A stretch of DNA of 32,000 bases from positions 6,570,001 to 6,602,000 of the forward strand of contig NZ_CP042911.1 of NCBI RefSeq assembly GCF_008065095.1. Reading direction: 5' to 3'. Below the pieces are notes generated by a model. That model made no database searches. It saw nothing but the letters and a program-made list of their open reading frames with translations, and was not told the origin of the DNA. Source of the DNA: Gemmata obscuriglobus (GTDB lineage Bacteria > Planctomycetota > Planctomycetia > Gemmatales > Gemmataceae). Positions within the stretch are counted from its first letter, which is position 1, and every line of letters begins with the position of its first letter. The translations under genes were made by a program, and so were the position numbers. Shown one piece after another: positions 8,505 to 15,839 of the stretch.

Positions 8505-10607
8505 TCAATCGACCGTGACCGTGTGCGGGGTCTTCTCCACGTTCCCGGCCCGGTCGGTGGCCCCGGCGGTCACGGTCAGCTTGCCGGCGGGGGCGTCAAG
8601 CTCGACCTCCCACTCGGCGAAGTTGTCCCGGGTCGCGCGGGCCTCCTTCCCGTTGACCGCCACCCCCCGCACCGCCGAGCTGTCCGCCGTCCCGCCGCGG
8701 ACGAGCACCTTGCCCCCGCTCCGCACGACGGACGTGACGACCGTGCTCGGCGGGATGTTGTCCACGAACCCCGGGATGCCCCGGAAGTACTCCTTGCCCG
8801 TCTCGTCCTCCGCCGCCGGCGCGCCGATGCTGAACGGCATGTGCAGGTCCTTGTTCCGGATCTCCTTGAACGAGATGTTCTTGTACGTGTGCCGGTCCAT
8901 CACCGACCGCCAGATCCCGTACTCGGCCCGGAAGACGTCCACCCCGTCCAGGAACACCCCGCTGGTGCCGGCGTGGACCGACCAGTTGCTCTCCCACACC
9001 CGGAAGTTCTTGACCCAGAACGGCCGCCGCGCGTCCGGGTGCGCGCCCGCCGCGTCCGCCCTGAGCAGGTCGTTGAGGTCGTAGAAGGACTTCTGTGACC
9101 CGAACCCGTCCGGGCGGGTGATGCCCCGCAGGTTGAGCCCGAAGAACCGCATCGCGTGCGCCTCGTTGTTCTCGAACTTCACGAACGGCAGGGTCCGCAC
9201 GTCCTGCTTCTTCACGGTCCCGTCGGCCTGGCGGACCGGCAGCACCGGGTCGAAGTCCGCCGTCTTGCGGCACTCGAACTTGAACCCGTACTCGGCGCAG
9301 TCGGCGGCCACGTTGTTGGTGAACGTGTTCAGGCAGTTGGCCCACCAGAACGCGCCCCCCTTGTTCTGGTCGAACGGCAGCGCCTGCCGCGGCAGCGGCC
9401 GGCCCGGCGACACGACGGCCCCGAGGTTCCGGTCGAACACGTTGTGAACCTCGGTCCCGTCTTCGAGGAAGAACCCGTGCCCGACCGTCTTGTACCCGAC
9501 CACGTCGCGGACGATCAGGTACTGGGTGCCGTGGACCGTGACCCAGCGGTTGTGACTGTCCCAGACCGACGCGCCCCGCACGTAGCTGCCCCGCATGGTG
9601 TCGCCGCACAGGTGGTAGTGCAGCGCGTACCGGCCGAGCACGTCCTTCTTGCCCAGGTGCCGGAACTCGGCGTAGGAGACGCTCCCGGCGCTGTGCCGGT
9701 GGTACATGGTGTGCCCGCGCGCCCCGGCCGGGTCGGCGGACTCGACCACCACGTTGCGCGACAGGTTGGCGATCTCGCCGCAATAGCTCCCTTCCGCGTA
9801 GTGCTCGAACGTCACCGCGGCATCAAGGCGAGCGGTGCCCTTCGGGCCGCCGGCGCCCGCGACCGGGGCGTCGATCCCCGTCAGCACCCGCGCCTCGGTC
9901 TGGCACCCGTCCTCGAAGGGGCCGCGCCCGGCCCCACCGGGCTGCCGGGTGCCCGTCAGGATCACGCGGTCGCCGGCCCGCCACCCGCCCGGCAGCTCCG
10001 CGAGCGCGGCGGACGTCGCGCCGGCCGGAACGGTCTTCGCGAGCTTGACCCAGGTGCGGGACAGCGGCGCGCCGTGAAACTCCATGCGCCCGCCGCAGCA
10101 CACGACCGCCGGGCACGAGTCCTTGTCCATGCCGGGGAGGTGGTGCAAGCGGATCAGCGCGGTGTGCGCCTGCGGGACCGGGGCCTCGGGTGTGCCGACG
10201 AGCAGCGCGGGCCGGGGGGCGCCGGGCTTCGGAGGGCCGGGCACGGCGTGGCAGTCGCCCCCCTCCTCCGACGGCTCCTCCCCGTAGGTAACGGTCAGCA
10301 GGCCCACTTCGAGCCGGGTGTCACGGTCGCGGGCGAACTCGAGCGTGCCGGCCACCTGCACGAGCCGAATCACGTCTTTTGAGTCGGCGTCGTAGGCAAC
10401 GGCGTGCCCGGCGCGGACGACCACGCGGTCACCGGCCGCGGGGACCCGCCCGGCGTCCCACGTCTCCTTCGCGGACCACGGGCCGGACTGTTTCGACCGG
10501 AGCAGCGGCGCGTCGGCCGCGCGGCCCACAAGGGCGGACGCCAGCAGGGCCACCAGGGCGAGGGGCGCCGAAACGCGGGTCCAGCGCAACCGCACGATCA
10601 GACTCAT
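8505..10607 (-). CDS. Secreted G8-domain / right-handed beta-helix protein with C-terminal Ig-like domain
   Basis: ORF 8505..10634. I prefer ATG 10607 (GGAG 5 nt upstream) over GTG 10634. Signal MSLIVRLRWTRVSAPLALVALLASALVGRAADA. G8-type N-terminus SGPWSAKETWDAGRVPAAGDRVVVRAGHAVAYDADSKDVIRLVQVAGTLEF, then a long beta-helix-like region. Confidence 0.8.
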   Translation of the reverse strand: MSLIVRLRWTRVSAPLALVALLASALVGRAADAPLLRSKQSGPWSAKETWDAGRVPAAGDRVVVRAGHAVAYDADSKDVIRLVQVAGTLEFARDRDTRLEVGLLTVTYGEEPSEEGGDCHAVPGPPKPGAPRPALLVGTPEAPVPQAHTALIRLHHLPGMDKDSCPAVVCCGGRMEFHGAPLSRTWVKLAKTVPAGATSAALAELPGGWRAGDRVILTGTRQPGGAGRGPFEDGCQTEARVLTGIDAPVAGAGGPKGTARLDAAVTFEHYAEGSYCGEIANLSRNVVVESADPAGARGHTMYHRHSAGSVSYAEFRHLGKKDVLGRYALHYHLCGDTMRGSYVRGASVWDSHNRWVTVHGTQYLIVRDVVGYKTVGHGFFLEDGTEVHNVFDRNLGAVVSPGRPLPRQALPFDQNKGGAFWWANCLNTFTNNVAADCAEYGFKFECRKTADFDPVLPVRQADGTVKKQDVRTLPFVKFENNEAHAMRFFGLNLRGITRPDGFGSQKSFYDLNDLLRADAAGAHPDARRPFWVKNFRVWESNWSVHAGTSGVFLDGVDVFRAEYGIWRSVMDRHTYKNISFKEIRNKDLHMPFSIGAPAAEDETGKEYFRGIPGFVDNIPPSTVVTSVVRSGGKVLVRGGTADSSAVRGVAVNGKEARATRDNFAEWEVELDAPAGKLTVTAGATDRAGNVEKTPHTVTVD

Positions 10608-10653
10608 GTGGGCTCCGACTCGGTCAGGGGCCACCCGCGGGGAACATGTTTCG

Positions 10654-10896
10654 TCACTGCGTCCGCAGTTCGAGCGGTGGCAGCTCCGTCTGCCGCTCTG
10701 CGACGACGACCTTCGTCGCCGGTCTTCGGACTTCGTTGTAACGCCATTTCAGCCGGTCCGGGCCTTCGATCTCCTGATCCCCGCCCGGGTGATACGTCGG
10801 CCAGATGACGGTGACGGCGTACTCCCCGGGCGGCAGGCCGTCGCCGGGCTGCAGGGTGGAGACGAAGCCACGGCGGGCGGGACCAGTTCGCTTCAT
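10654..10896 (-). CDS. Short ORF resembling only the C-terminal half of small planctomycete carboxypeptidase-regulatory-like lipoproteins; possibly a gene remnant
   Basis: Internal ATG of ORF 10654..11016: MKRTGPARRGFVSTLQPGDGLPPGEYAVTVIWPTYHPGGDQEIEGPDRLKWRYNEVRRPATKVVVAERQTELPPLELRTQ. The tail pattern (PGEY.VTV.. DRL..RY......V.V......LPP.EL) is familiar. No signal peptide or lipobox is found upstream in any frame. Confidence 0.4.
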   Translation of the reverse strand: MKRTGPARRGFVSTLQPGDGLPPGEYAVTVIWPTYHPGGDQEIEGPDRLKWRYNEVRRPATKVVVAERQTELPPLELRTQ

Positions 10897-11318
10897 GGTC
10901 GCTCTCGGTGTCAGTCGGTGCGCCGGCGGTCGGCGCCGCGGGCGCCGACGGCAGGCGGAGATCGCCAGGTCGTCCGGTCGCGCCACAAGGCGCGCGGTGT
11001 GCCGAACCGATCGCACCTGTTTGAGACAGTCCGTTGCCTGAATTAACTAAAATACGGGGAGCTGTGTGGGCGTCCGGCTCGAGCGCGGAATGATCACCGC
11101 TGGTCACAGCGCGTTCGCTTTGCGGTGACCATTCCGCCGCACCGCCCGGGCGGCGTGGTGACCGGATCGAATGCCTCGTCGAACACCCCGAGCGTGTGCG
11201 CGTTGCGGTTACCGCGCACCACCATCACCTTCTCGGCCCCGACGTACCGGCCGCGCAACGGCCAGCCTCGGCGGGTGCGATCCTCGCGCCGCGCCCCGGC
11301 ACCGAAGGCGGATAAACG

Positions 11319-11367
11319 CGTTCGGGGCCGGCGAACGGGATCGTGTCCCGTTCGCCGGCCCCGAACG
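11319..11367 (-). terminator. Strong hairpin closing the minus-strand gene string
   Basis: Perfect 22-bp stem CGTTCGGGGCCGGCGAACGGGA (11319-11340) / TCCCGTTCGCCGGCCCCGAACG (11346-11367) with a 5-nt loop, 27 nt downstream of the ABC ATPase stop (11394-11396). Only a weak T-rich tail (GCGTTTAT) follows on the minus strand. Confidence 0.6.
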
Positions 11368-11393
11368 TGCCGCGTCGTATCGAGCCGACGGGG

Positions 11394-12335
11394 TCAGCTC
11401 GTGATGCCCTTCGTGATGTTCAGGAAGATGTGCTCGATGTTGATCTCTTCCTCGCGGAAGCTGTGCAACTTGAACCGCTCGGCGATGAGCCGCTCGGGAA
11501 TGAAGCTGCCGTCGTCCAGCCCGGCCCGCAGCGCCACGCGGACCAACCCGGCCTTCGGGTCCACCGCCGCGGACGACACCTCTTTGTAGGTGCCGAGCTT
11601 GTTGGCGGCGTCGGGGTTGCGGTCCCCCACCGACACCAGGAACACCCGCCCGCCGCGGATCTTGCGGACCTGCTCCTCGGCCGCCTCCACGCTGCCGTTG
11701 AAGATCAGCTTCCCGCGCTCGATGATCCCGAGCGTGTTACAGATCTCCGCCAGCTCCGGGAGGATGTGCGACGACAGCATGATCGTCTTGCGCTCCTGCC
11801 GGAGCCGCTTGATCAGCTCGCGCATCTCGATCCGCGCCCGCGGGTCGAGGCCGCTGGCGGGCTCGTCGAGGAGGAGCACCTGCGGGTCGTGCAGCAGCAC
11901 GCGGGCCAGCCCGAGCCGCTGCGTCATCCCGCGGCTGAGGCTCGTGACCAGCGCGTCCCGCTTGTACCCCAGGTCCACGTAGTCCAGAACCTGCGCCACC
12001 TTCTTCCGGCGCGCCTCGCCCTGGATGCGGTACATGGCCGCGAAGAACTCCAGGTACTCGGTCACCTTCATGTCGTCGTACACGCCGAACGCGTCCGGCA
12101 TGTACCCGATGGCCCGGCGGATCTCCGTGGACCCGGTGTAGATCGAGTACCCGCACACCGTGGCCTCGCCCCAGCTCGGGTTGAGCAGCGTGGCGAGCAT
12201 CCGCATGGTGGTGGTCTTGCCGGACCCGTTCGGGCCGATGAACCCGTACACGTCGCCCGGCTCCAGCTTCAGCGACAGCCGGTCCACCGCGAACAGCTCG
12301 CCGTACTTCTTGGTCAGGTCGCGGCACTCAATCAT
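11394..12335 (-). CDS. ABC transporter ATP-binding protein (ABC-2/NatA-like with C-terminal extra domain)
   Basis: ORF 11394..12335. Walker A GPNGSGKTT, Q-loop, signature LSRGMTQRL, Walker B LLLDEPASGLD, H-loop SSHIL. Confidence 0.93.
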   Translation of the reverse strand: MIECRDLTKKYGELFAVDRLSLKLEPGDVYGFIGPNGSGKTTTMRMLATLLNPSWGEATVCGYSIYTGSTEIRRAIGYMPDAFGVYDDMKVTEYLEFFAAMYRIQGEARRKKVAQVLDYVDLGYKRDALVTSLSRGMTQRLGLARVLLHDPQVLLLDEPASGLDPRARIEMRELIKRLRQERKTIMLSSHILPELAEICNTLGIIERGKLIFNGSVEAAEEQVRKIRGGRVFLVSVGDRNPDAANKLGTYKEVSSAAVDPKAGLVRVALRAGLDDGSFIPERLIAERFKLHSFREEEINIEHIFLNITKGITS

Positions 12336-12342
12336 TGGGAAA

Positions 12343-12373
12343 GTTCCAAGTTCCAGGTTCCAAGTTCCAGGTT
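12343..12373. repeat. Left heptamer array of the four-helix-bundle cassette: GTTCCAA GTTCCAG GTTCCAA GTTCCAG GTT
   Basis: Read directly. Begins 7 nt from the ATG (12335) of the ABC ATPase gene. Inverted partner at 12815-12842. Confidence 0.9.
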
Positions 12374-12389
12374 GGCGGGCCGCGGGGAA

Positions 12390-12794
12390 CTATTCGCTGT
12401 CGTTCGGTGCGTACTTTCGACCGCCGAGATCTGAACGTTCGAGGTAGCGGATCAAACCCACCAGCAGTCGGGTCGTGTCACGCGCCAACGCGGTCATTCG
12501 CCGGAACGTCATCTCATCGATGTACTCGGCATCGAGCGCGGCACAAAGTTGCGACCGCACCTCACCCGCCGAGCCTTTCGCAACGTACAACAACTGCCGA
12601 AATTCAGCGTTCCCGTCTCGCTCGTAGCGCTCGGCAATGTTCGACATGACCGAGATCGAAGCACGCCGGATCTGGTCTCGAAGGGCGAAGTCACGCGCGA
12701 ACGGCTCTCCGCGAGTCACTTGGTAAACGGCCCTGTTCAATTCACGCGCCTTTTTCCAGCCTTCGGTATCTTCGAACCGGGTGATTGCGCCCAT
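12390..12794 (-). CDS. Four-helix-bundle protein (23S rRNA intervening-sequence protein family, TIGR02436/PF05635-like; same fold family as DGR Avd)
   Basis: Internal ATG 12794 of ORF 12390..13061, with SD GAGGAA upstream. 134 aa: MGAITRFEDTEGWKKARELNRAVYQVTRGEPFARDFALRDQIRRASISVMSNIAERYERDGNAEFRQLLYVAKGSAGEVRSQLCAALDAEYI.. This matches the family signature (W..A..L...vY..T..FP..E.f.L..Qi.RAa.Si..NIAEG....s..EF..fL..A.GS..E). Confidence 0.88.
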   Translation of the reverse strand: MGAITRFEDTEGWKKARELNRAVYQVTRGEPFARDFALRDQIRRASISVMSNIAERYERDGNAEFRQLLYVAKGSAGEVRSQLCAALDAEYIDEMTFRRMTALARDTTRLLVGLIRYLERSDLGGRKYAPNDSE

Positions 12795-12814
12795 CGGTTC
12801 CTCTGTCTTTCCAC

Positions 12815-12842
12815 TTGGAACGTGGAACCTGGAACGTGGAAC
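12815..12842. repeat. Right heptamer array: TTGGAAC GTGGAAC CTGGAAC GTGGAAC (inverted copy of the left array)
   Basis: Its reverse complement GTTCCAC GTTCCAG GTTCCAC GTTCCAA matches 12343-12370 at 25 of 28 positions. Its last base is the first base of the complemented TAG stop (12842-12844) of the upstream gene. Confidence 0.9.
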
Positions 12843-15196
12843 TACCGAACAGGCAGGTAAAACCGGACCCACGTTTCCTGGCGGCCGGTGCCCGGCAGCG
12901 GCTGGCGGGCGCCGCTCCCCGGCAGCCCCTTCAGCCACACCCGCGACGGCGAGTTGGGGCCGCTCAGCACCTCTTCGGCGGCGCCCGGCGGCGTCGCGAC
13001 CCGGCCCACCACGATGACCTCGTCGCGGACGTGCTGCCCGTGGTACTCGGAGAACCGCCACGACTGGTCCAGCCGGCGCAGCGACGCGTTCCGCGGCACC
13101 ACGCCCTCGTCGTTCCGCAGCGCCCCCTCGTGGAACAGCAGCCCGGTGAGGGGGAGCGGCCCGGTGTACACCGTTTGCTGTTGCAACTGTCGCTCCACGT
13201 TCTTCTGGCCCGGCCGGTCGGCGTACGACTGCACCCGCCGGAGCAGTTCTTCCAGTTTGGCGTTACCGCGGAGCCACTCCTGCGTGCTCTCGCCCTGAAC
13301 CATCACCAGCCGCACCGTGCGGCCGCGCGTGATGACGCCGCCCGGCAGCGGGTACGCCTGCCCCGCGTAGAACGCGACGCAGTCGGTCAGTTCGGGCACC
13401 GGCAGGTCGTGGCGGAACGTGCCGATCGCCCGCGAGCGGTCCCCGGGCGGGTGAACCAGGTTGGAGGTCACCGGCGCGGGCGCCCCGGGCGCGCCGGTCA
13501 GTTTCGCCGACCAGTTCGCGGAGAACGCCTTCGTGGACCACACCTGAATCGGCACGCCCTCCAGCCCCTCGTCGCGCCGGGGGTACCGCCGCCGGGTGAG
13601 GCTCGCGCGCCCCGCCCGCGGGGCGCCGAACCCCGCCACCGCGGTTCCCTCGGGGAGTTCCTCCGCGGCCCAGCCGTCGCCCGGCGTCAGCCCGACCGAG
13701 TAGGAGTCGATGCGGGGGCTGAACACCGTAAACCACGTCGAACCGTACACGCGGTCCGAAGCCGGGTCCACGTCCACGATGTCGAGCTTGTTCACCTTCA
13801 GGTCGCGCCCCTTCACCGCGGACGCGGAGACGTACGCCAGCACGCTCACCGTCAGCACGATGATCGGGAACGTGACCCAGGTCAGCTCGAGCCGCCCGAA
13901 CACGCGCTTCAGGACGTAGTATTCGACCGGCCCGACCAGCAGGATGTACAGCGCAATGAGGAGCGCCACCCAGCCGAAGGACACCACCGGAACGCCGTCG
14001 AACGCGTCGTTGTGGCCCCGCACCGCGACCGCGATCTCGTCCTCGTCCTCCGTCATGCTGCCGGCCGACCGGGGCTTGCCGTCGCCGCCGCTGGACGCGC
14101 GGCTCGCGCCGGCGTCCCGCAGCAGGAAGTCCCAATAGTCGGCCCGGGCGGCGAACTCCGCGAACTGCGGGCCGTCGAGGTCGAACGCCACTTGGGTCAC
14201 GCGGCCCAACCCGAGCGGCGCCTGCACGACGACCGCGGGCCGCTCTTCGTTCGCGACCGGCGGCGGGCTGAGCACGCGGGCGGGTTTGCCGGGGCGGGCC
14301 GCGAGGTTCGCGACCGGGAACGCGCCGCCGCGCCCGCCGAGCGTCCCGCTGGCGGAGTTCTTTTCGCCCGCGGGCCACACCAGCGCGACCGCGGACACGT
14401 CGCGGGTCGGCGCCTCCGGCCGCACCCGGAACGGGAGGAGCGGGTCCATCGCCGGGAGCGACGCCACGACCGGCGCGTTCGCCCCGACCGACGTCACGAC
14501 CCGCCCGCCCCGGCGCACCCATTCGACGAGCGCCTCGCGCTTCTTCTGGTTCTGCGGGGTGGCATCCGGCGCGAAGAGTTGCTTCACGAAGTCGGCGGCG
14601 CCGGTACCGAGCACCACCAGGTCGGCGCCGTCGTACCCGTACCACCGGTCGGGGAGTTGGGCGACGGTCGCGATGTGCGTGAAATCCACGCGCCCGGCCC
14701 GGAGCGGTCCCGAATCGGTGGCGCCGGCGGGCCGCGGCAGCTCGAACTTGGGCGCCGTGCCTCCCAGCGCGAGCACCACGTATTGCAGCGATTCGCGCAC
14801 CCGCGGTTTTACCCGGAACGGCTCGGACAGGGCCGAGCCGCCCTTCGCCCGCACCCAAACGGTGACCTCACTCGCGAGGCCGTTGGGGCGGACGTACCCG
14901 ATCGCGGCACGGTCGGTCGCCAGGTCCACCGGCACGACCGAGGTCACGGTCACCTCGTCGGGATCGGGCGCCTCGATCACCACCTCGGCCGGATCGGAAC
15001 CTGCCCCGGTCACCTCGAAATTGACGTACACCGGCGCCCACGCGCCGAACTTGGCGATAAACGTGTCGTCGCGGCCGCTGGGGAGCCCGACCGCGGCGGC
15101 GGTGATCTTCACACCGTCTTTGGCGGTGGCGGTCGCGGCGCCGAGGAGGAACACGAGCAGCGTCGCGAGGGCACGCACCACAGTCGCCGTTGGCAT
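12842..15196 (-). CDS. 784-aa secreted/membrane protein of unknown function (signal peptide, large N-terminal exported region, two central TM helices, large C-terminal region)
   Basis: ORF 12842..15457. The likely start is ATG 15196 (purine-rich AAAGAAAGAAG upstream), giving the signal peptide MPTATVVRALATLLVFLLGAATATA. TM pair ..VVSFGWVALLIALYILLVGPVEYYVL.. and ..LTWVTFPIIVLTVSVLAYVSASAV... The segment ..LQYVVLALGG..GADLVVLGTG..LVEWVRRGGRVV.. recalls GATase1-like/ABC-auxiliary (GldG-type) folds; that link is inference only. Confidence 0.75.
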   Translation of the reverse strand: MPTATVVRALATLLVFLLGAATATAKDGVKITAAAVGLPSGRDDTFIAKFGAWAPVYVNFEVTGAGSDPAEVVIEAPDPDEVTVTSVVPVDLATDRAAIGYVRPNGLASEVTVWVRAKGGSALSEPFRVKPRVRESLQYVVLALGGTAPKFELPRPAGATDSGPLRAGRVDFTHIATVAQLPDRWYGYDGADLVVLGTGAADFVKQLFAPDATPQNQKKREALVEWVRRGGRVVTSVGANAPVVASLPAMDPLLPFRVRPEAPTRDVSAVALVWPAGEKNSASGTLGGRGGAFPVANLAARPGKPARVLSPPPVANEERPAVVVQAPLGLGRVTQVAFDLDGPQFAEFAARADYWDFLLRDAGASRASSGGDGKPRSAGSMTEDEDEIAVAVRGHNDAFDGVPVVSFGWVALLIALYILLVGPVEYYVLKRVFGRLELTWVTFPIIVLTVSVLAYVSASAVKGRDLKVNKLDIVDVDPASDRVYGSTWFTVFSPRIDSYSVGLTPGDGWAAEELPEGTAVAGFGAPRAGRASLTRRRYPRRDEGLEGVPIQVWSTKAFSANWSAKLTGAPGAPAPVTSNLVHPPGDRSRAIGTFRHDLPVPELTDCVAFYAGQAYPLPGGVITRGRTVRLVMVQGESTQEWLRGNAKLEELLRRVQSYADRPGQKNVERQLQQQTVYTGPLPLTGLLFHEGALRNDEGVVPRNASLRRLDQSWRFSEYHGQHVRDEVIVVGRVATPPGAAEEVLSGPNSPSRVWLKGLPGSGARQPLPGTGRQETWVRFYLPVR

Positions 15197-15237
15197 GTCG
15201 GTCTCAGCTTCTTTCTTTACCCCGGCGGGGGCAAGAC

Positions 15238-15564
15238 TCACGGCTTGGCGGCGGCGCACGCGCACGGCGCCCGACCGCACTTCGGGCACCCGGCCCCGTA
15301 CTTCCGTCGCACCGCGTCGTCGAGGTCCACGCCCGCGATGTTGGCCAGCGTGGCCAGCCACGCCAGCACGTCGGCGAACTCGAGCGTCAGGTTCTCGGGG
15401 TCGGCGGCGGGGTCGCGGAGCGCGGCCGACAGCTCGCCGACCTCCTCCATGAACCACATGAACGTCCCTTCGATCCCGCGGCGCGCGTCCTTCGCGCCGA
15501 ACAGGTCGCGGATGCGGGCCTGCACCGCGGCGAGGGTCATCGGCGTTGGCGTTGGGTCGGTCAC
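15238..15564 (-). CDS. MazG-like nucleotide pyrophosphohydrolase domain protein (small all-alpha NTP-PPase)
   Basis: ORF 15238..15564 (GTG start; ATG 15540 is an alternative). ..TLAAVQARIRDLFGAKDARRGIEGTFMWFMEEVGELSAALR......LEFADVLAWLATLANIAGVDLDDAVRRKYGAGCPKCGRAPCAC carries the EExxE-type metal motif and the Cys-rich tail typical of the family. Confidence 0.85.
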   Translation of the reverse strand: MTDPTPTPMTLAAVQARIRDLFGAKDARRGIEGTFMWFMEEVGELSAALRDPAADPENLTLEFADVLAWLATLANIAGVDLDDAVRRKYGAGCPKCGRAPCACAAAKP

Positions 15565-15673
15565 AAACCAGATTCTACAGGGGGCCGGAGAATGCGGCAG
15601 CCGGGCACTCAGATGTGATACGCTGGGCGGGAAATGAATGTTCTACGCGGGGGAGTCGAATGTCGCGGCTCTG

Positions 15674-15839
15674 AGTCTCAAGTCGTCGGGTCCGAAAGCC
15701 AGTCGTTTCAAGTTCCAGGTTCCAAGTTCCAAGTGGAGTCACCAGCGACACGAATCGCCGGCGCTTGTGACGAGCGGGGTTCCGACTTGGAACCTGGAAC
15801 TTGAAACGACTGGCTTTCGGACCCGACGGCTTGAGGACT
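15674..15839. repeat. Cargo-less palindromic element with the same GTTCCAR heptamer core: about 54-bp stem, 57-nt loop
   Basis: 15684-15727 (CGTCGGGTCCGAAAGCCAGTCGTTTCAAGTTCCAGGTTCCAAGT) is the exact reverse complement of 15785-15828. Pairing extends outward through one T-G wobble and one bulged G to 15674/15839. That covers two of the three bases (15838-15839) of the TAG stop codon (15838-15840) of the histidine kinase gene. The loop contains a second small stem, GTCACCAGCG/CGCTTGTGAC. Confidence 0.9.

Noticed and set aside
8515-10382. ORFs 8596..9783 (-), 9156..10382 (+), 8515..9084 (+), 8094..9098 (+) and 7442..8518 (+)
   Set aside because: These are off-frame or antisense overlaps of the G8/beta-helix and prenyltransferase-repeat genes, with degenerate composition.
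11100-11318. Minus-strand protein-like frame ..GRYVGAEKVMVVRGNRNAHTLGVFDEAFDPVTTPPGR.. downstream of the ABC ATPase hairpin
   Set aside because: GC3 is high, but the frame is under 60 codons from any start, lies beyond a strong hairpin, and has no family I recognise. It is possibly a gene fragment, and the evidence is insufficient for a call.
12785-15637. 950-aa plus-strand ORF, and 531-aa minus ORF 13263..14858
   Set aside because: Their composition (R, G, P, A, H runs) is typical of off-frame GC-rich sequence. The real gene is the minus frame 12842..15196, with a signal peptide and TM helices. The long ORF also reads straight through the heptamer repeat and the MazG-like gene.
12343-15839. 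Heptamer repeat arrays as a CRISPR array, or the four-helix-bundle gene as the Avd of a diversity-generating retroelement
   Set aside because: The repeats are 7-nt tandem units in inverted arms with no spacers, so this is not CRISPR. The window has no reverse transcriptase gene and no template/variable repeat pair, so a DGR is not supported.
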